From Chloroflexota bacterium (GTDB lineage Bacteria; Chloroflexota; JAJPGV01): a DNA stretch of 64,000 nt. The notes under the pieces are model-generated. The model did not search any database, had not been told where the DNA came from, and was given only the letters and a program-made list of their open reading frames with translations. Made by a program: the position numbers and the translations under genes. Each line of letters starts with the position of its first letter. Position 1 is the first letter of the stretch. The stretch covers positions 94,412 to 158,411 of the forward strand of contig JAJPGV010000018.1 in NCBI GenBank assembly GCA_021325635.1, written 5' to 3'. Shown here in pieces: positions 37,696 to 47,474 of this stretch.

Positions 37696-38226
37696 TCAAA
37701 ACGACATGTACGTCGGTCCGGTGATGGTCCAGGCGCCATCCCGCCGGCTGAGCGTGAATGTCTGCTGGACCGTTCTATCCGCGGCTGGGAAGAGATCGGG
37801 CCGGAATGTCGAGATCTCCACTGTCACACTGGCGTTGTCACCGCTGACGCTGCTGCGCAGGAGCGTGACGCGATGCGGGGACTGACTCCAGGCATCGAAG
37901 CGCTCGTGGAATTGCTCACGGGTCACCGCCTCGTGGAACGGTGGGCCGGTCTCCAGCGCGGCCATGCCAAACGCCTCGTCCACCTGCCCGTTTTGCAGCA
38001 GCCCCAAGTAGGATGTGACCGCCGCTTCAGGACTTCCCGGCGCGAACGACGCTTGTGGCTGCCGCGCCGCGAGAAGCGCTACGAGCAGTCCTGCCAGCAG
38101 CAGGACGCACGCACCCGCCAACAACAGCGTGAGCGCCCCAACGCCGCGCCAATGCGGTCTGGACTGGATACCTGTCGCAGCCAAGAGCGGCTCCTTGGGC
38201 TTTCTAGGGATGGCTCCAAGTTGAGA
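37696..38226 (-). CDS. Membrane-anchored hypothetical protein (NTF2-like extracellular part); start uncertain
   Basis: TM helix then PGSPEAAVTSYL...A.VTVEI...FTLSRRDGAWTI; abuts the downstream gene. Confidence 0.55.
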   Translation of the reverse strand, partial: SQLGAIPRKPKEPLLAATGIQSRPHWRGVGALTLLLAGACVLLLAGLLVALLAARQPQASFAPGSPEAAVTSYLGLLQNGQVDEAFGMAALETGPPFHEAVTREQFHERFDAWSQSPHRVTLLRSSVSGDNASVTVEISTFRPDLFPAADRTVQQTFTLSRRDGAWTITGPTYMSF

Positions 38227-38338
38227 TTGCCGCGAGAACGCTAAATGAGCTGCAACAACGCCGTGAACGATGCGGATACGCGCTTTGAGCGGCCATGCCG
38301 GCTGGTACCGTCCTTGCGGCGGCAGCCAGGAAGAGCAC

Positions 38339-38953
38339 ATGGCGCAGCTGGAGATCGAAGAGCCAACGATCACTCGCCTCCTCTTCGCCGACACGCGATC
38401 GGCCTGGTTCTGGCTGATCGTTCGTTGGTACATGGCCTACGAGTGGATAGGCGCATCGGTGGAAAAGCTGCAGAGTCCGGCATGGACGGGCTCGAACGCG
38501 GGCGCCGCGATCACCTCGTTCGCCAACGGGGCGCTGCGGAAGAGCACAGGCGATCATCCGGATGTGACCGGCTGGTACGCCGCCATCCTTCGCGACTTCG
38601 TCATCCCGAACGCCGCTGCCTGGAGCTGGGCCATCACTTTGGGCGAGCTGGCTGTTGGTATCGGCTTGGCGCTGGGCATGTTCACTGGCATCGCTGCCTT
38701 CTTTGGCGGCTTGATGAACGCCAACTACCTGCTGTCCGGCACCGTGAGCAGCAACCCGATCCTCTTCATCTTATCGACGTGGGTGGTGTTGGCCTGGCGT
38801 GTTGCCGGTTGGATTGGGCTCGACCGTTGGATTCTGCCGGCCCTGGGCGTGCCTGGTCATCCGGGAGCTCTTTTCACCAGACGCGCCTGGCCGGCGCACG
38901 AGCAGCGACGAATCAGGGAGCCGGTGTCCGAGCGGCCTACGCGGGCACGCTGA
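38339..38953 (+). CDS. DoxX/DoxD-family membrane protein
   Basis: WLIVRWYMAYEW, GELAVGIGLALG, MNANYLLSGTVSSNP, AGWIGLDRW. Confidence 0.85.
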   Translation: MAQLEIEEPTITRLLFADTRSAWFWLIVRWYMAYEWIGASVEKLQSPAWTGSNAGAAITSFANGALRKSTGDHPDVTGWYAAILRDFVIPNAAAWSWAITLGELAVGIGLALGMFTGIAAFFGGLMNANYLLSGTVSSNPILFILSTWVVLAWRVAGWIGLDRWILPALGVPGHPGALFTRRAWPAHEQRRIREPVSERPTRAR

Positions 38954-39115
38954 GCCGGAGCGCTCGAAATCGCGCGAGCCGAAACCATTACTCAGCGTTT
39001 TGCCGAACTTGACGCGCCTTTGATGACAGCTTCCGCAGACTGAAAGCTGAACTCTGGTCTCAGGGCAGCCGATGCTGCGTGTCGGACTCGCCCGCGAGCG
39101 AAAGCGAGAAGAACG

Positions 39116-40327
39116 ATGAGCATGTCCGGCTTTTCACGGGTTGTGCGCGGCGCGCTCGCCACGGTGGGGGCGCTCGCGCTCCTGGTGGCCCTTCCTCTAT
39201 CCATGCAGGCAGCCTCGATCCGAACGGAGTCCGCCGTTCTCACGATCGGCCCCGGACAGACGGTGGACGACGACCTCTACGCCGCCGCCGGACAAGGTGT
39301 GAACATCCAGGGGACCGTCAACGGGAACGTCTTCGCCGCGGGTAACAACACGACAATCGGTGGGGTCGTGAATGGGGACGTCTTCGTGGCCGGATCCCAA
39401 ACCATCATCGCTGGCCGGGTCACCGGCAACGTGTACGCCGCGGGCAGCTCGGTCACCGTCTCCGGCTCCGTTGGGAAGGATTTGCTCACCTTCGCCGCGA
39501 GCGTCCAGCTCGAGCCGAGCGGCAGCGTGGGCCGTGATGCCCTGGTAAACGGTGGGAACATCAATCTGGCCGGTTCGATTGGCCGCAACCTCAACGCCAA
39601 CGGTCGCACGGTGGTCATAGGTGGCTCAGTCGGGGGGAATGTGGATGGCAACGCCAACAAGCTGAGCGTCAGTCCCGGAGCCGTTGTGAAGGGCAATCTG
39701 AGCTACACCACCGGCCAGCCGGCCGACGTCGCTGCCGGATCCGTGGCCGGCGCCGTCAACACTGCCACCCGGTCTCCTGCCCAGGCTGGGCGGCCCTCCT
39801 TCCTGGCCGCGGCCATCGGCTGGCTGCGGACAGTCGTGGGCCTGTTCGCCCTTGGGCTCCTCCTGCTGCTGCTGGTGCCAGGCTTTACCAAGCGGGCGAG
39901 CGACAAGCTCGGCGCTTCGCCCTGGGTGAGCCTCGCGTCCGGTGTCGCTCTCCTGCTGACGGTGCCGTTCGTGGCGCTGCTGGCGGTGATCGTCGGTGCG
40001 TTCCTTGGCGGCTGGTGGCTTGCCCTGGCGCTGCTGGCGCTCTATGGCATCGCGCTGCCCGTAGGCTATGTGCTGTCCAGCCTGTTCCTGGCCGGCTTCG
40101 TCGCTGAGCACGCGGCGAAGCTGCACGTGCACCTCATTTGGACGCTGCTCGCGGGCCTGGTGGTGTTGACCCTGGCTGGGCGCATCCCGTACGTTGGGCC
40201 ATGGATCAGCTTCGCCGCCCTGGTGTTCGGCTTTGGCGCGTTCGGCGCGACGCTGGCCGAACAGTTCCGGAAACCGCCAGCGGCGGCGCCCCAGGAGCCG
40301 ATGCGACCCATGCCTATGGCCGCCTAG
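39116..40327 (+). CDS. Membrane protein with bactofilin-like beta-helix repeats and C-terminal TM domain
   Basis: Signal peptide, repeated I.G.V.G.V.AAG units, five C-terminal TM segments. Confidence 0.8.
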   Translation: MSMSGFSRVVRGALATVGALALLVALPLSMQAASIRTESAVLTIGPGQTVDDDLYAAAGQGVNIQGTVNGNVFAAGNNTTIGGVVNGDVFVAGSQTIIAGRVTGNVYAAGSSVTVSGSVGKDLLTFAASVQLEPSGSVGRDALVNGGNINLAGSIGRNLNANGRTVVIGGSVGGNVDGNANKLSVSPGAVVKGNLSYTTGQPADVAAGSVAGAVNTATRSPAQAGRPSFLAAAIGWLRTVVGLFALGLLLLLLVPGFTKRASDKLGASPWVSLASGVALLLTVPFVALLAVIVGAFLGGWWLALALLALYGIALPVGYVLSSLFLAGFVAEHAAKLHVHLIWTLLAGLVVLTLAGRIPYVGPWISFAALVFGFGAFGATLAEQFRKPPAAAPQEPMRPMPMAA

Positions 40328-40477
40328 CCTAGCCGGCGGGCGGCGGTGGCTTCGGGAGCAGCGCCAGCAGCGATCCGAGGACCAGCGTTTCGCCTTAGCG
40401 TCGTGCGCGGTTCACATGACGTTACGGCTGTCTTTGTGCCTTATTTGGCCTCGCTGCGCCATAGTGTCGCTGGCAGC

Positions 40478-40699
40478 ATGAACTTCGAAACTACGTTCCC
40501 GGCGGGCGAAGTCGAAGCTGCGCTCGCTTCTCTCGAAGATGCCTCCTCGGCCGGCAAAGCCGCTGGCGACGCCATCCGATCGATCGTTGGCTCAGGAGCC
40601 TTTGGCCTAGACCGGCTGCTACACGTTCATGCCACGTTCTCAGAGCGAATGGTGGCGGTCCTCGTGAGGGTGGTCGAACGCCCGGAGGACGCCCGCTAG
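40478..40699 (+). CDS. Small hypothetical protein
   Basis: 73-aa ORF MNFETTFPAG... in intergenic space. Confidence 0.4.
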   Translation: MNFETTFPAGEVEAALASLEDASSAGKAAGDAIRSIVGSGAFGLDRLLHVHATFSERMVAVLVRVVERPEDAR

Positions 40700-40727
40700 G
40701 GTTGAGCAGCGTTGGGCAATGGCGAGC

Positions 40728-41627
40728 TCACGCGGCCGCTGCGTGTGGCGCGGCAGTCCAGCGCACCTGCCGCGCTTCACCCACCGCGGCGAGGACGGCG
40801 TGCTTCACGCGATGGCCAATCTCGTCCGCTTCGCGAACCGATACTTCGTCGGCCAGGCCGCCGTCGATCTCCAGCACCAGCGAGCGGCCCAGCCAGCGCC
40901 CTCGGGCACTGGCCGACTGCACGCCGGGCACGGTCCGGGCGGCGATCTCGGCGGCCACGAGCTGATCGGGGTCAATGCCGTCCATGAGGTGCACGACGAT
41001 GTCCTTGGTCACCTCGAAGCCGACGTGGACGATGACCAGGGTGATCGCAAAGCCGGCCAGGGGGTCGCCTATCGGATATTCAAGCGCCACCAGCACCAGG
41101 CCGAGTAGAGCTCCGCCCGATGAAACAGCATCGAGCCAGGAGTGCTTTGCGTCGGCCAGGAGCGTGATGGAATTGATGCGCCGCCCCACGTGCGCCTTGT
41201 ACCGCGCTACCAGCTGGTTGCCCAGAATCCCAAGCAGCGCGCCGGCCATACCGGCGAAAACGTGTCCAATCCCGGTGTGCGACACCAGCTTCTCGTAGCT
41301 CTGGTGGCCGGCGAAGACCGCGCTCGACCAGATCACCAGCGCCACGCCCAGGCCGGCCAGATCCTCAGCTCGCTCGAAGCCATAGGGAAACTGCCGGCTA
41401 GCTGCTCGCTGGGACACCTTGAATCCCAGGAACACCGCCAGGGAGGTGGACACGTCGGACAGGTTGTGCAGGGCGTCGCCCAAAAGAGCGACGGAACCGG
41501 TGAAGAGAGCCAGCGCCAGCTCGATGCCACCGACCATTCCTAAGCCGATTGCCGACACGGCCACCGCCCGATTGGCCAGCCGGCGATGCTCTCGCTCTTG
41601 GCCTTGGTTAGCGCTGCTGCACGACAT
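40728..41627 (-). CDS. Cation diffusion facilitator (CDF) metal exporter
   Basis: GSVALLGDALHNLSD, FPYGFERAEDLAG, ADAKHSWLD, LMDGID, RGRWLG. Confidence 0.93.
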   Translation of the reverse strand: MSCSSANQGQEREHRRLANRAVAVSAIGLGMVGGIELALALFTGSVALLGDALHNLSDVSTSLAVFLGFKVSQRAASRQFPYGFERAEDLAGLGVALVIWSSAVFAGHQSYEKLVSHTGIGHVFAGMAGALLGILGNQLVARYKAHVGRRINSITLLADAKHSWLDAVSSGGALLGLVLVALEYPIGDPLAGFAITLVIVHVGFEVTKDIVVHLMDGIDPDQLVAAEIAARTVPGVQSASARGRWLGRSLVLEIDGGLADEVSVREADEIGHRVKHAVLAAVGEARQVRWTAAPHAAAA

Positions 41628-41991
41628 GTCGCTTCTCGCTGACGCCGGCAAGTGTCGGGCCGTGATCTGCCAATCCGTGCGTGAGGTGGTCGGCGTGGTT
41701 CAAGGCTTCCTGCAGCAGCTGGCTGGCGTGCACGTCGTTCATGGTGTAGAACATGAAGGTCCCTTCGCGCCGCTGCCGGACGATCCCGGCCAGCCGCAGT
41801 TTGGCGAGGTGCTGCGAAACCGCCGCCGTCTGCGCGCCGATGATCTCCGCCAGGCAGGTCACGGACTGCTCTCCCTGGGCTAGGGCCGAAAGCAGACGAA
41901 TCCTGGTGGGATCGCCCAGCATTTGGAAGGTGTCCGCGACCACCTGGACCTGTTCGTCCGAAGGCAGCCGTATATCAAGGTTTGCGTGCAT
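41608..41991 (-). CDS. ArsR/SmtB-family metal sensor (KmtR-like)
   Basis: FQMLGDPTRIRLL, AVSQHLAKLRLA, C-terminal NHADH; palindrome TTGCGT-GCAT-ACGCAA (41982-41997) overlaps the start; upstream of CDF. Confidence 0.88.
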   Translation of the reverse strand: MHANLDIRLPSDEQVQVVADTFQMLGDPTRIRLLSALAQGEQSVTCLAEIIGAQTAAVSQHLAKLRLAGIVRQRREGTFMFYTMNDVHASQLLQEALNHADHLTHGLADHGPTLAGVSEKRHVVQQR

Positions 41992-42330
41992 ACGCAAGTA
42001 TGATAGACTGCGCAAGGCGCCCATCGTGGCGCAAGCTTGCCGGTCTTTGGACTGAGGAAAGGGGGTACGAGCGTCAGACGTGGATTCAGACGGTCGTCAT
42101 CAGCACAAGCTGACTCGCAGTTCGACTGCTGCATGGCGTTTGCACCCCGAAGAGCAAGCCTTCCGCATCCTGCCGTAGCCTCCGTCTTAACCTTTCATTG
42201 ACAGGCGCCTGGCATGGTGTCTCGAGGCCAGGCCAATCAGCGGGTCGCGCTGGCCTCCTTCCCAATCGACTCCGTCCCAGCAATCATCACGTCAGCTCGA
42301 GCCGATGAACGACGCTCAGAAGTCGCTATC

Positions 42331-44061
42331 ATGATGCGCTTTCCGACCGAGATCGGATCCCGGCAGCGGCCGGCCTTCGGCTGGATGGACGTTGTCGTGT
42401 TGGCAGGCGTCGCCGGACTCATCTATGGCTTTGTCCAGACCGCGTCGCAGTGGTTCGGGCCCTTCCACACCAGTGTGGAGATCTCGCTTTCGCCGCTGGC
42501 GCTGCCAGCGTACGCCGGGCTGTCCACGTTGCGCATGCTCCTGGCGTATCTGCTGTCACTGTCCTTCACCCTGGTGTACGGCGGTGTCGCGGCTTCTCAT
42601 CGCAGCGCAGAGCGACTCATGATCCCCATCCTGGATGTGCTGCAGAGCATTCCCATCCTGTCGTTCATGCCGGGCGTGGTGCTGGCTCTGGTGGCGCTCT
42701 TCCCCAAGACGGATCTGGGCGTCGAGCTGGCTTCAGTCATCCTGATCTTCACCAGCCAGGCCTGGAACATGACGTTCAGCTTCTATCACTCGGTGCGCAC
42801 CGTACCGCAGGAGCTGATCGAGGCCTCCCGTATGTACCGCCTCACCTGGTGGCAGCGCTTCTGGCGGCGGGACGTGGCCTTCTCAGTCATCGGCCTGGTG
42901 TGGAACAGCATGATGTCCTGGGCCGGCGGCTGGTTCTTCCTGATGGCGGCGGAGACGTTTACCCTGGGCGACAAAGACTTTCGCCTGGCGGGCCTGGGCT
43001 CCTATCTTCAAGCCGCCGCCAATGAGGGCAACAGCGCTGCCATCGTCCTCGGGCTGGTCACCTTGGTCGCGCTCATCGTGCTCATCGACCAGATCCTGTG
43101 GCGGCCGCTGATCGCTTGGTCGGATCGCTTCAAGATGGAGCTCACGGAGTCGGCGGATGCGCCGCAGTCGTGGTTCCTGGACCTGCTGCAGCGGTCGGCG
43201 CTGCTGCACTCGCTGTCCGCGGCGCTGCGGCACGCTCAGGCCAGGATCGCCGATGCTCGGACTCGTTCTGCCAGGCGGCCCCAGCCTTTGCAGCCCCCTT
43301 CCCGCGGCCTCTGGATCGAGCGTGCCGTTGGCTGGCCGGTGACAGCGGGGCTGCTCGCGTTGGCGGTCCTCGGTGTCTGGCGCATCCTGGGATTGTTGAC
43401 TGACGTGGGCGCGGCGTCTCTGGGCGGCATTGTGCTCGACTTCTTCCTGACCCTGTCGCGGGTGGCCGGCGCCCTGATCGTCGGCGCGGTGTGGACGGTC
43501 CCGGTGGGCGTGGCCATCGGGCTGAATCCCCGCTTGTCTCGGATCCTGCAACCGGTCGTGCAGGTCGTGGCCTCCATTCCCGCGACCGCCGTGTTTCCCA
43601 TCATCGTGGCGGCGCTGCTGTCGGTTCGTGGCGGGCTCAACGTCGCTTCGGTGCTGCTCATGCTGCTGGGCACGCAGTGGTACGTGCTGTTCAACGTCAT
43701 CGCCGGAGCCATGGCCATTCCGACCGACATGCGCCAGGCCGCGGCTCTGTTTGGCGTCCGAGGCTGGTTGTGGTGGCGGCGCTTGGTTCTGCCCTGCATT
43801 TTCCCGTATCTCATCACCGGGCTGCTGACCGCCACGGGCGGAGCCTGGAATGCCTCGATCGTGTCCGAGTACGTCACGTACCACGATCGGAGCTTCAGCG
43901 TCGCCGGCCTCGGGTCAGCTATTACGAGCGCGGCGGCAAACGGCCGGTATGACCTGCTGTTCGCCTCGACCCTGACCATGGCCGTTGGGGTCGCGCTCAT
44001 CAATCGCCTGCTGTGGAAGCGGCTCGCCCGCATGGGCGAGGAGCGCTTTAGACTGGACTAA
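42331..44061 (+). CDS. NitT/TauT-type ABC permease with two BPD_transp domains
   Basis: ILDVLQSIPILSF, QAWNMTFSFY, WNSMMSWAGGWFFL, GGAWNASIVSEY. Confidence 0.92.
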   Translation: MMRFPTEIGSRQRPAFGWMDVVVLAGVAGLIYGFVQTASQWFGPFHTSVEISLSPLALPAYAGLSTLRMLLAYLLSLSFTLVYGGVAASHRSAERLMIPILDVLQSIPILSFMPGVVLALVALFPKTDLGVELASVILIFTSQAWNMTFSFYHSVRTVPQELIEASRMYRLTWWQRFWRRDVAFSVIGLVWNSMMSWAGGWFFLMAAETFTLGDKDFRLAGLGSYLQAAANEGNSAAIVLGLVTLVALIVLIDQILWRPLIAWSDRFKMELTESADAPQSWFLDLLQRSALLHSLSAALRHAQARIADARTRSARRPQPLQPPSRGLWIERAVGWPVTAGLLALAVLGVWRILGLLTDVGAASLGGIVLDFFLTLSRVAGALIVGAVWTVPVGVAIGLNPRLSRILQPVVQVVASIPATAVFPIIVAALLSVRGGLNVASVLLMLLGTQWYVLFNVIAGAMAIPTDMRQAAALFGVRGWLWWRRLVLPCIFPYLITGLLTATGGAWNASIVSEYVTYHDRSFSVAGLGSAITSAAANGRYDLLFASTLTMAVGVALINRLLWKRLARMGEERFRLD

Positions 44062-44074
44062 GGAGCGAGAACAC

Positions 44075-45382
44075 ATGGCCAGGGTAGCCACCAAGGTCAT
44101 TCTGGAAGCCAGCGGCATCGTCAAGTACTACGACGGGTCCAAGCATCCCATCCTCGTGCTGGACCACGTCGACCTGGGCGTGCGGCGGGGCGAGTTCCTG
44201 GCTATCCTCGGCCCGTCGGGATCCGGCAAGTCCAGCCTTCTGCGCATCCTGGCTGGTCTGGCTGAGCCGACGCAGGGTGAGGTGTGGTTCGACGGCCAAC
44301 GTCAGGTGGGCGTGAACCCACGGGCAGCGATGGTCTTTCAGAGCTTTGCCCTGTTCCCCTGGCTTACGGTGCAGGAGAACGTCGAGCTCGGCCTGGAGGC
44401 CCGCAGCGTAGCCACTGCCGAGCGTCGCGAGCGGGCGCTCCGGGCTATCGATCTCATTGGACTCGACGGCTTCGAAACCGCCTATCCCAAGGAGCTCTCG
44501 GGCGGAATGCGGCAGCGCGTGGGCTTTGCGCGAGCGCTGGTTGTCGAGCCGGAGATCCTGATGATGGACGAACCATTCTCAGCGCTCGACGTCCTGACCG
44601 CCAGCAACCTGCGGGAAGAGCTGCTGGACCTGTGGCTGGAAAAGAAGATGCCCATGCAGGCCATCATCATGGTCACGCACAATATCGATGAAGCAGTCCT
44701 CATGGCCGACCGCATCATCGTGCTCGGCCACGACCCGGGACGGGTGCGAGCCGACGTTGAGGTCGCCCTGCCGCGGCCCCGCAACGTCAAGGACGTGCGC
44801 GAGCAGGCGCTGGTGGACCGCATCTACCGCCTCCTGACCCATCCCGAAGAGGAGTACCCGGCGGTCGAGGTGCCCTTGGCCGTCCCGGTTCAGCGTCCGC
44901 ACGTGACGCTGCCTCACGCCGACATCGGCTCGCTCATTGGCCTGGCGGAGCTGGTGGCCAATCGCGGCGGGCGGGAGGACCTGTACGACCTTGGGCGGGA
45001 CCTGCAGATGGAGATTGACGATCTGCTGCCCCTGGTCGAGGCCATGGAGCTGCTGGGCCTGGCCACAATTTCGGAAGGCGATATCGAGCTTTCGCGGGCC
45101 GGCCGCCAGCTGGCCGAGGGCGGTATCCAGGACGACAAAGCGCTGCTGCGGGAGCAGATCGTTCGCCACGTGGAGCCCATCCGGGAGATCGTGGAGCGGC
45201 TCGAGGCAGAGCCTTCACGCAAGCTCAGCTGGGACGAGCTGCACGAAGAATGGCAGCGCTTCTTCTCGCCTGAGGAGGCCGAAAACCAGATCGAGACCGC
45301 CATCGACTGGGGTCGCTACGCCGAGCTGTTCGCCTACGACGAGGACAGCGGCAACCTCTACCTCGAAAACCCGGAAAGCTAG
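44075..45382 (+). CDS. NitT/TauT-type ABC ATPase with C-terminal AAA-associated domain
   Basis: GPSGSGKS, LSGGMRQRVGFARAL, MDEPFSALD, IDWGRYAELFAYD. Confidence 0.95.
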   Translation: MARVATKVILEASGIVKYYDGSKHPILVLDHVDLGVRRGEFLAILGPSGSGKSSLLRILAGLAEPTQGEVWFDGQRQVGVNPRAAMVFQSFALFPWLTVQENVELGLEARSVATAERRERALRAIDLIGLDGFETAYPKELSGGMRQRVGFARALVVEPEILMMDEPFSALDVLTASNLREELLDLWLEKKMPMQAIIMVTHNIDEAVLMADRIIVLGHDPGRVRADVEVALPRPRNVKDVREQALVDRIYRLLTHPEEEYPAVEVPLAVPVQRPHVTLPHADIGSLIGLAELVANRGGREDLYDLGRDLQMEIDDLLPLVEAMELLGLATISEGDIELSRAGRQLAEGGIQDDKALLREQIVRHVEPIREIVERLEAEPSRKLSWDELHEEWQRFFSPEEAENQIETAIDWGRYAELFAYDEDSGNLYLENPES

Positions 45383-45465
45383 GACCGCTGCGCTTATCGA
45401 GTCCTTAAGCGCAGCTTACCCAATTCGTATAGCAGATAGCTATAGTCCAGGCTGGAGTCGCTGAG

Positions 45466-46167
45466 ATGTTCTTCCCCTTTTTGCTTCCCGGTTGGTGGCT
45501 GCTGCTGCCGGCCGTCGCCTTTGTGATGTACTCGCAGTGGAAGGTCAAGTCGACCTACCAGCGCTACGCTCGCATGCCGTCGACCTACCGGCTCAGCGGC
45601 GCTCAAGTAGCGCGCCGTCTGCTCGATGACCAGGGCCTGCACGAGGTCGCGGTCCAGCCCATCGCCGGCGCCTTGACCGATCGCTACGATCCAGCGAAGA
45701 AAACGCTCGGCCTGTCGCAGGGTGTCTACGACGGCGCATCTGTCGCGGCAGTGGGCATCGTGGCGCATGAGATTGGTCATGCGCTCCAGGATGCACGGGG
45801 CTACTCGCCAATGAAGATACGCTCCAGCCTGGTGCCCGCGGCCAACTTCGGCTCGATGCTCGGGCCCTGGCTCATCATGGCCGGGCTGTTCGTGAACGCG
45901 TTCCATGGCTTGCTCGGCATCGGCGTCGTCGTCTTTGCGGCGGCCGTGCTGTTCCAGCTCGTAACCCTGCCGGTGGAGCTCGATGCCAGCAGGCGCGCTC
46001 TGGCCCTGCTGACGGCGAGTGGTTTCGTTGACCGCACCGAGCTCAGCCAGACGCGGAAGGTCCTCAGCGCGGCGGCGTTGACCTATGTCGCGGCGGCGGC
46101 CGTCGCAGTCATGCAGCTGCTCCAGTTCGGCCTCTTGCTGTCGGGCGGAGGGAGAAGCCGGAACTAG
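45466..46167 (+). CDS. Membrane zinc metallopeptidase (YugP-like)
   Basis: LTDRYDP, VAHEIGHALQD, TLPVELDASRRAL, AAALTYVAA. Confidence 0.92.
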   Translation: MFFPFLLPGWWLLLPAVAFVMYSQWKVKSTYQRYARMPSTYRLSGAQVARRLLDDQGLHEVAVQPIAGALTDRYDPAKKTLGLSQGVYDGASVAAVGIVAHEIGHALQDARGYSPMKIRSSLVPAANFGSMLGPWLIMAGLFVNAFHGLLGIGVVVFAAAVLFQLVTLPVELDASRRALALLTASGFVDRTELSQTRKVLSAAALTYVAAAAVAVMQLLQFGLLLSGGGRSRN

Positions 46168-46261
46168 GCGAAGGCACGCACCCGGACGGCGTGCGGCCGG
46201 TGCCCGGGTCCGGGCCCGGACAGCCGCTGGACATGCGTGGACAGGGCTTGGCGCGAGTCAA

Positions 46262-47254
46262 TCACGGGCTCCGTTCCAACGCCGCCTGCAAGGCTTGCAG
46301 CTGCTCGGTCTGCCACTGCTGGTAGGTCTTGCCGGGTGGCTCGGTCTCCGACACACCCACCACCGGAACGTTGTTCTGTTCGGCCAGGCTCTGCATCTGC
46401 GTCGTGATTGGCGTGACGGCCTGCGAGTTGTAGATCAGCGCCTTGAGGGCGCGCGACGTCAGCTGCTGGCGGAACTGCGCGACTGCGGCGGCCGGCGGAT
46501 CGTTGCCCGCTTCGACCGCCCGTTGAAAGGTACCTTCCTTGTCGACCACGTCCAGCCCGAGCGCCTCGGCCATGTAGTCGAACACCGGCTCGGTCGGCAG
46601 CACCTTGGCACCGGCGTGCTTGGCTCGTATCGCCGCGATCTGGTCCTGAAGCGGCTTCAGGGAGGCGTCGAAGCTGTGTACGGCCGCGTCGAAGTCGGCC
46701 CTATCAGCCGGATCGAGCTGGCCGAGATCATCGGCTATGGCCTGGGCCACCAGCGGCATGGTCTTGGGGTCGTACCACAGATGGGGATTGGCGTCGTCCG
46801 CGGCGCCCGTGAGCTTGGGGGCGTCGACCACCAGGCGACCCTGCTGCGGCGAAGCCGCGAGCAGCTTGTCCATGAAGGCGTCATAGCCCACGCCGTTCTT
46901 AATGACCAGCCGCGCGTTGGCGATGGCTTTGGCATTGTCAACGTTGGATTCGTACAGATGCGGGTCGATGCTCGGGTCGGACAGGATGCTCGTGACCTTC
47001 ACGTGTTGTCCGCCAATCTGCGATGCCACGTCGCCATAGAAGTTCTCCGCCGCGACGACCAGGATGGCGGCCGGCGCCGCGGCTGAACCTGCCGCCGCGC
47101 CCCCCTGACTTCCCGATGCGGCCACGAGGGGGCTCGCGCTCGAGCTTGTACCAGCCGCCGGGGCCGAGCTCCTGCCGCAGCCGGCGAGCAGGGCGCACGT
47201 GAGCAGCCCCACCTGCCACACCCAGGTCCTCAGACGAACGAGCCCGATCTTCAT
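46262..47254 (-). CDS. Metal ABC transporter substrate-binding lipoprotein (ZnuA/TroA family)
   Basis: LAGC lipobox, AAENFYGD, DPHLYE, NG.GYD, NPHLWY. Confidence 0.92.
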   Translation of the reverse strand: MKIGLVRLRTWVWQVGLLTCALLAGCGRSSAPAAGTSSSASPLVAASGSQGGAAAGSAAAPAAILVVAAENFYGDVASQIGGQHVKVTSILSDPSIDPHLYESNVDNAKAIANARLVIKNGVGYDAFMDKLLAASPQQGRLVVDAPKLTGAADDANPHLWYDPKTMPLVAQAIADDLGQLDPADRADFDAAVHSFDASLKPLQDQIAAIRAKHAGAKVLPTEPVFDYMAEALGLDVVDKEGTFQRAVEAGNDPPAAAVAQFRQQLTSRALKALIYNSQAVTPITTQMQSLAEQNNVPVVGVSETEPPGKTYQQWQTEQLQALQAALERSP

Positions 47255-47337
47255 GTCCGATCCAACTAGAGACGATATCTCGCCTCAGTCTAGCAGAATG
47301 CCCAGCTCGGATGATGAACGGTCGCTTGCTCAGGCCG

Positions 47338-47346
47338 TGCTATATT
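47338..47346 (+). promoter_or_regulatory. Extended -10 promoter of the leader/tRNA operon
   Basis: TGc-TATATT, 9 nt before the leader GTG; no clear -35. Confidence 0.55.
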
Positions 47347-47355
47347 GCAGCCGCA

Positions 47356-47427
47356 GTGGAACGCGACGTCTTCTATTCCGACTCAGACCGAGACTCGTAC
47401 GCGTTCTTTTCGGCGCGAGTAGCCTAA
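47356..47427 (+). CDS. Putative leader peptide MERDVFYSDSDRDSYAFFSARVA
   Basis: GAC x4, TCC, TCA, TCG x2, TAT, TAC: 10 of 23 codons cognate to the downstream tRNAs. Confidence 0.7.
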   Translation: MERDVFYSDSDRDSYAFFSARVA

Positions 47428-47474
47428 CCCTCTAGGCGGCGGCTCCTCCGTCGAAAAGACGGGGAGGATGCCGC
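47393..47474 (+). promoter_or_regulatory. Attenuator-like alternative helices
   Basis: TCTTTTCGGCG (47405-47415) complements CGTCGAAAAGA (47449-47459); competing hairpin 47439-47474 pairs with the tRNA-Tyr 5' end. Confidence 0.6.

Noticed and set aside
42187..42203. Pho-box-like TTAAC-N6-TTGAC upstream of the ABC permease
   Set aside because: Only two short half-sites, one of which may simply be a -35; insufficient support.
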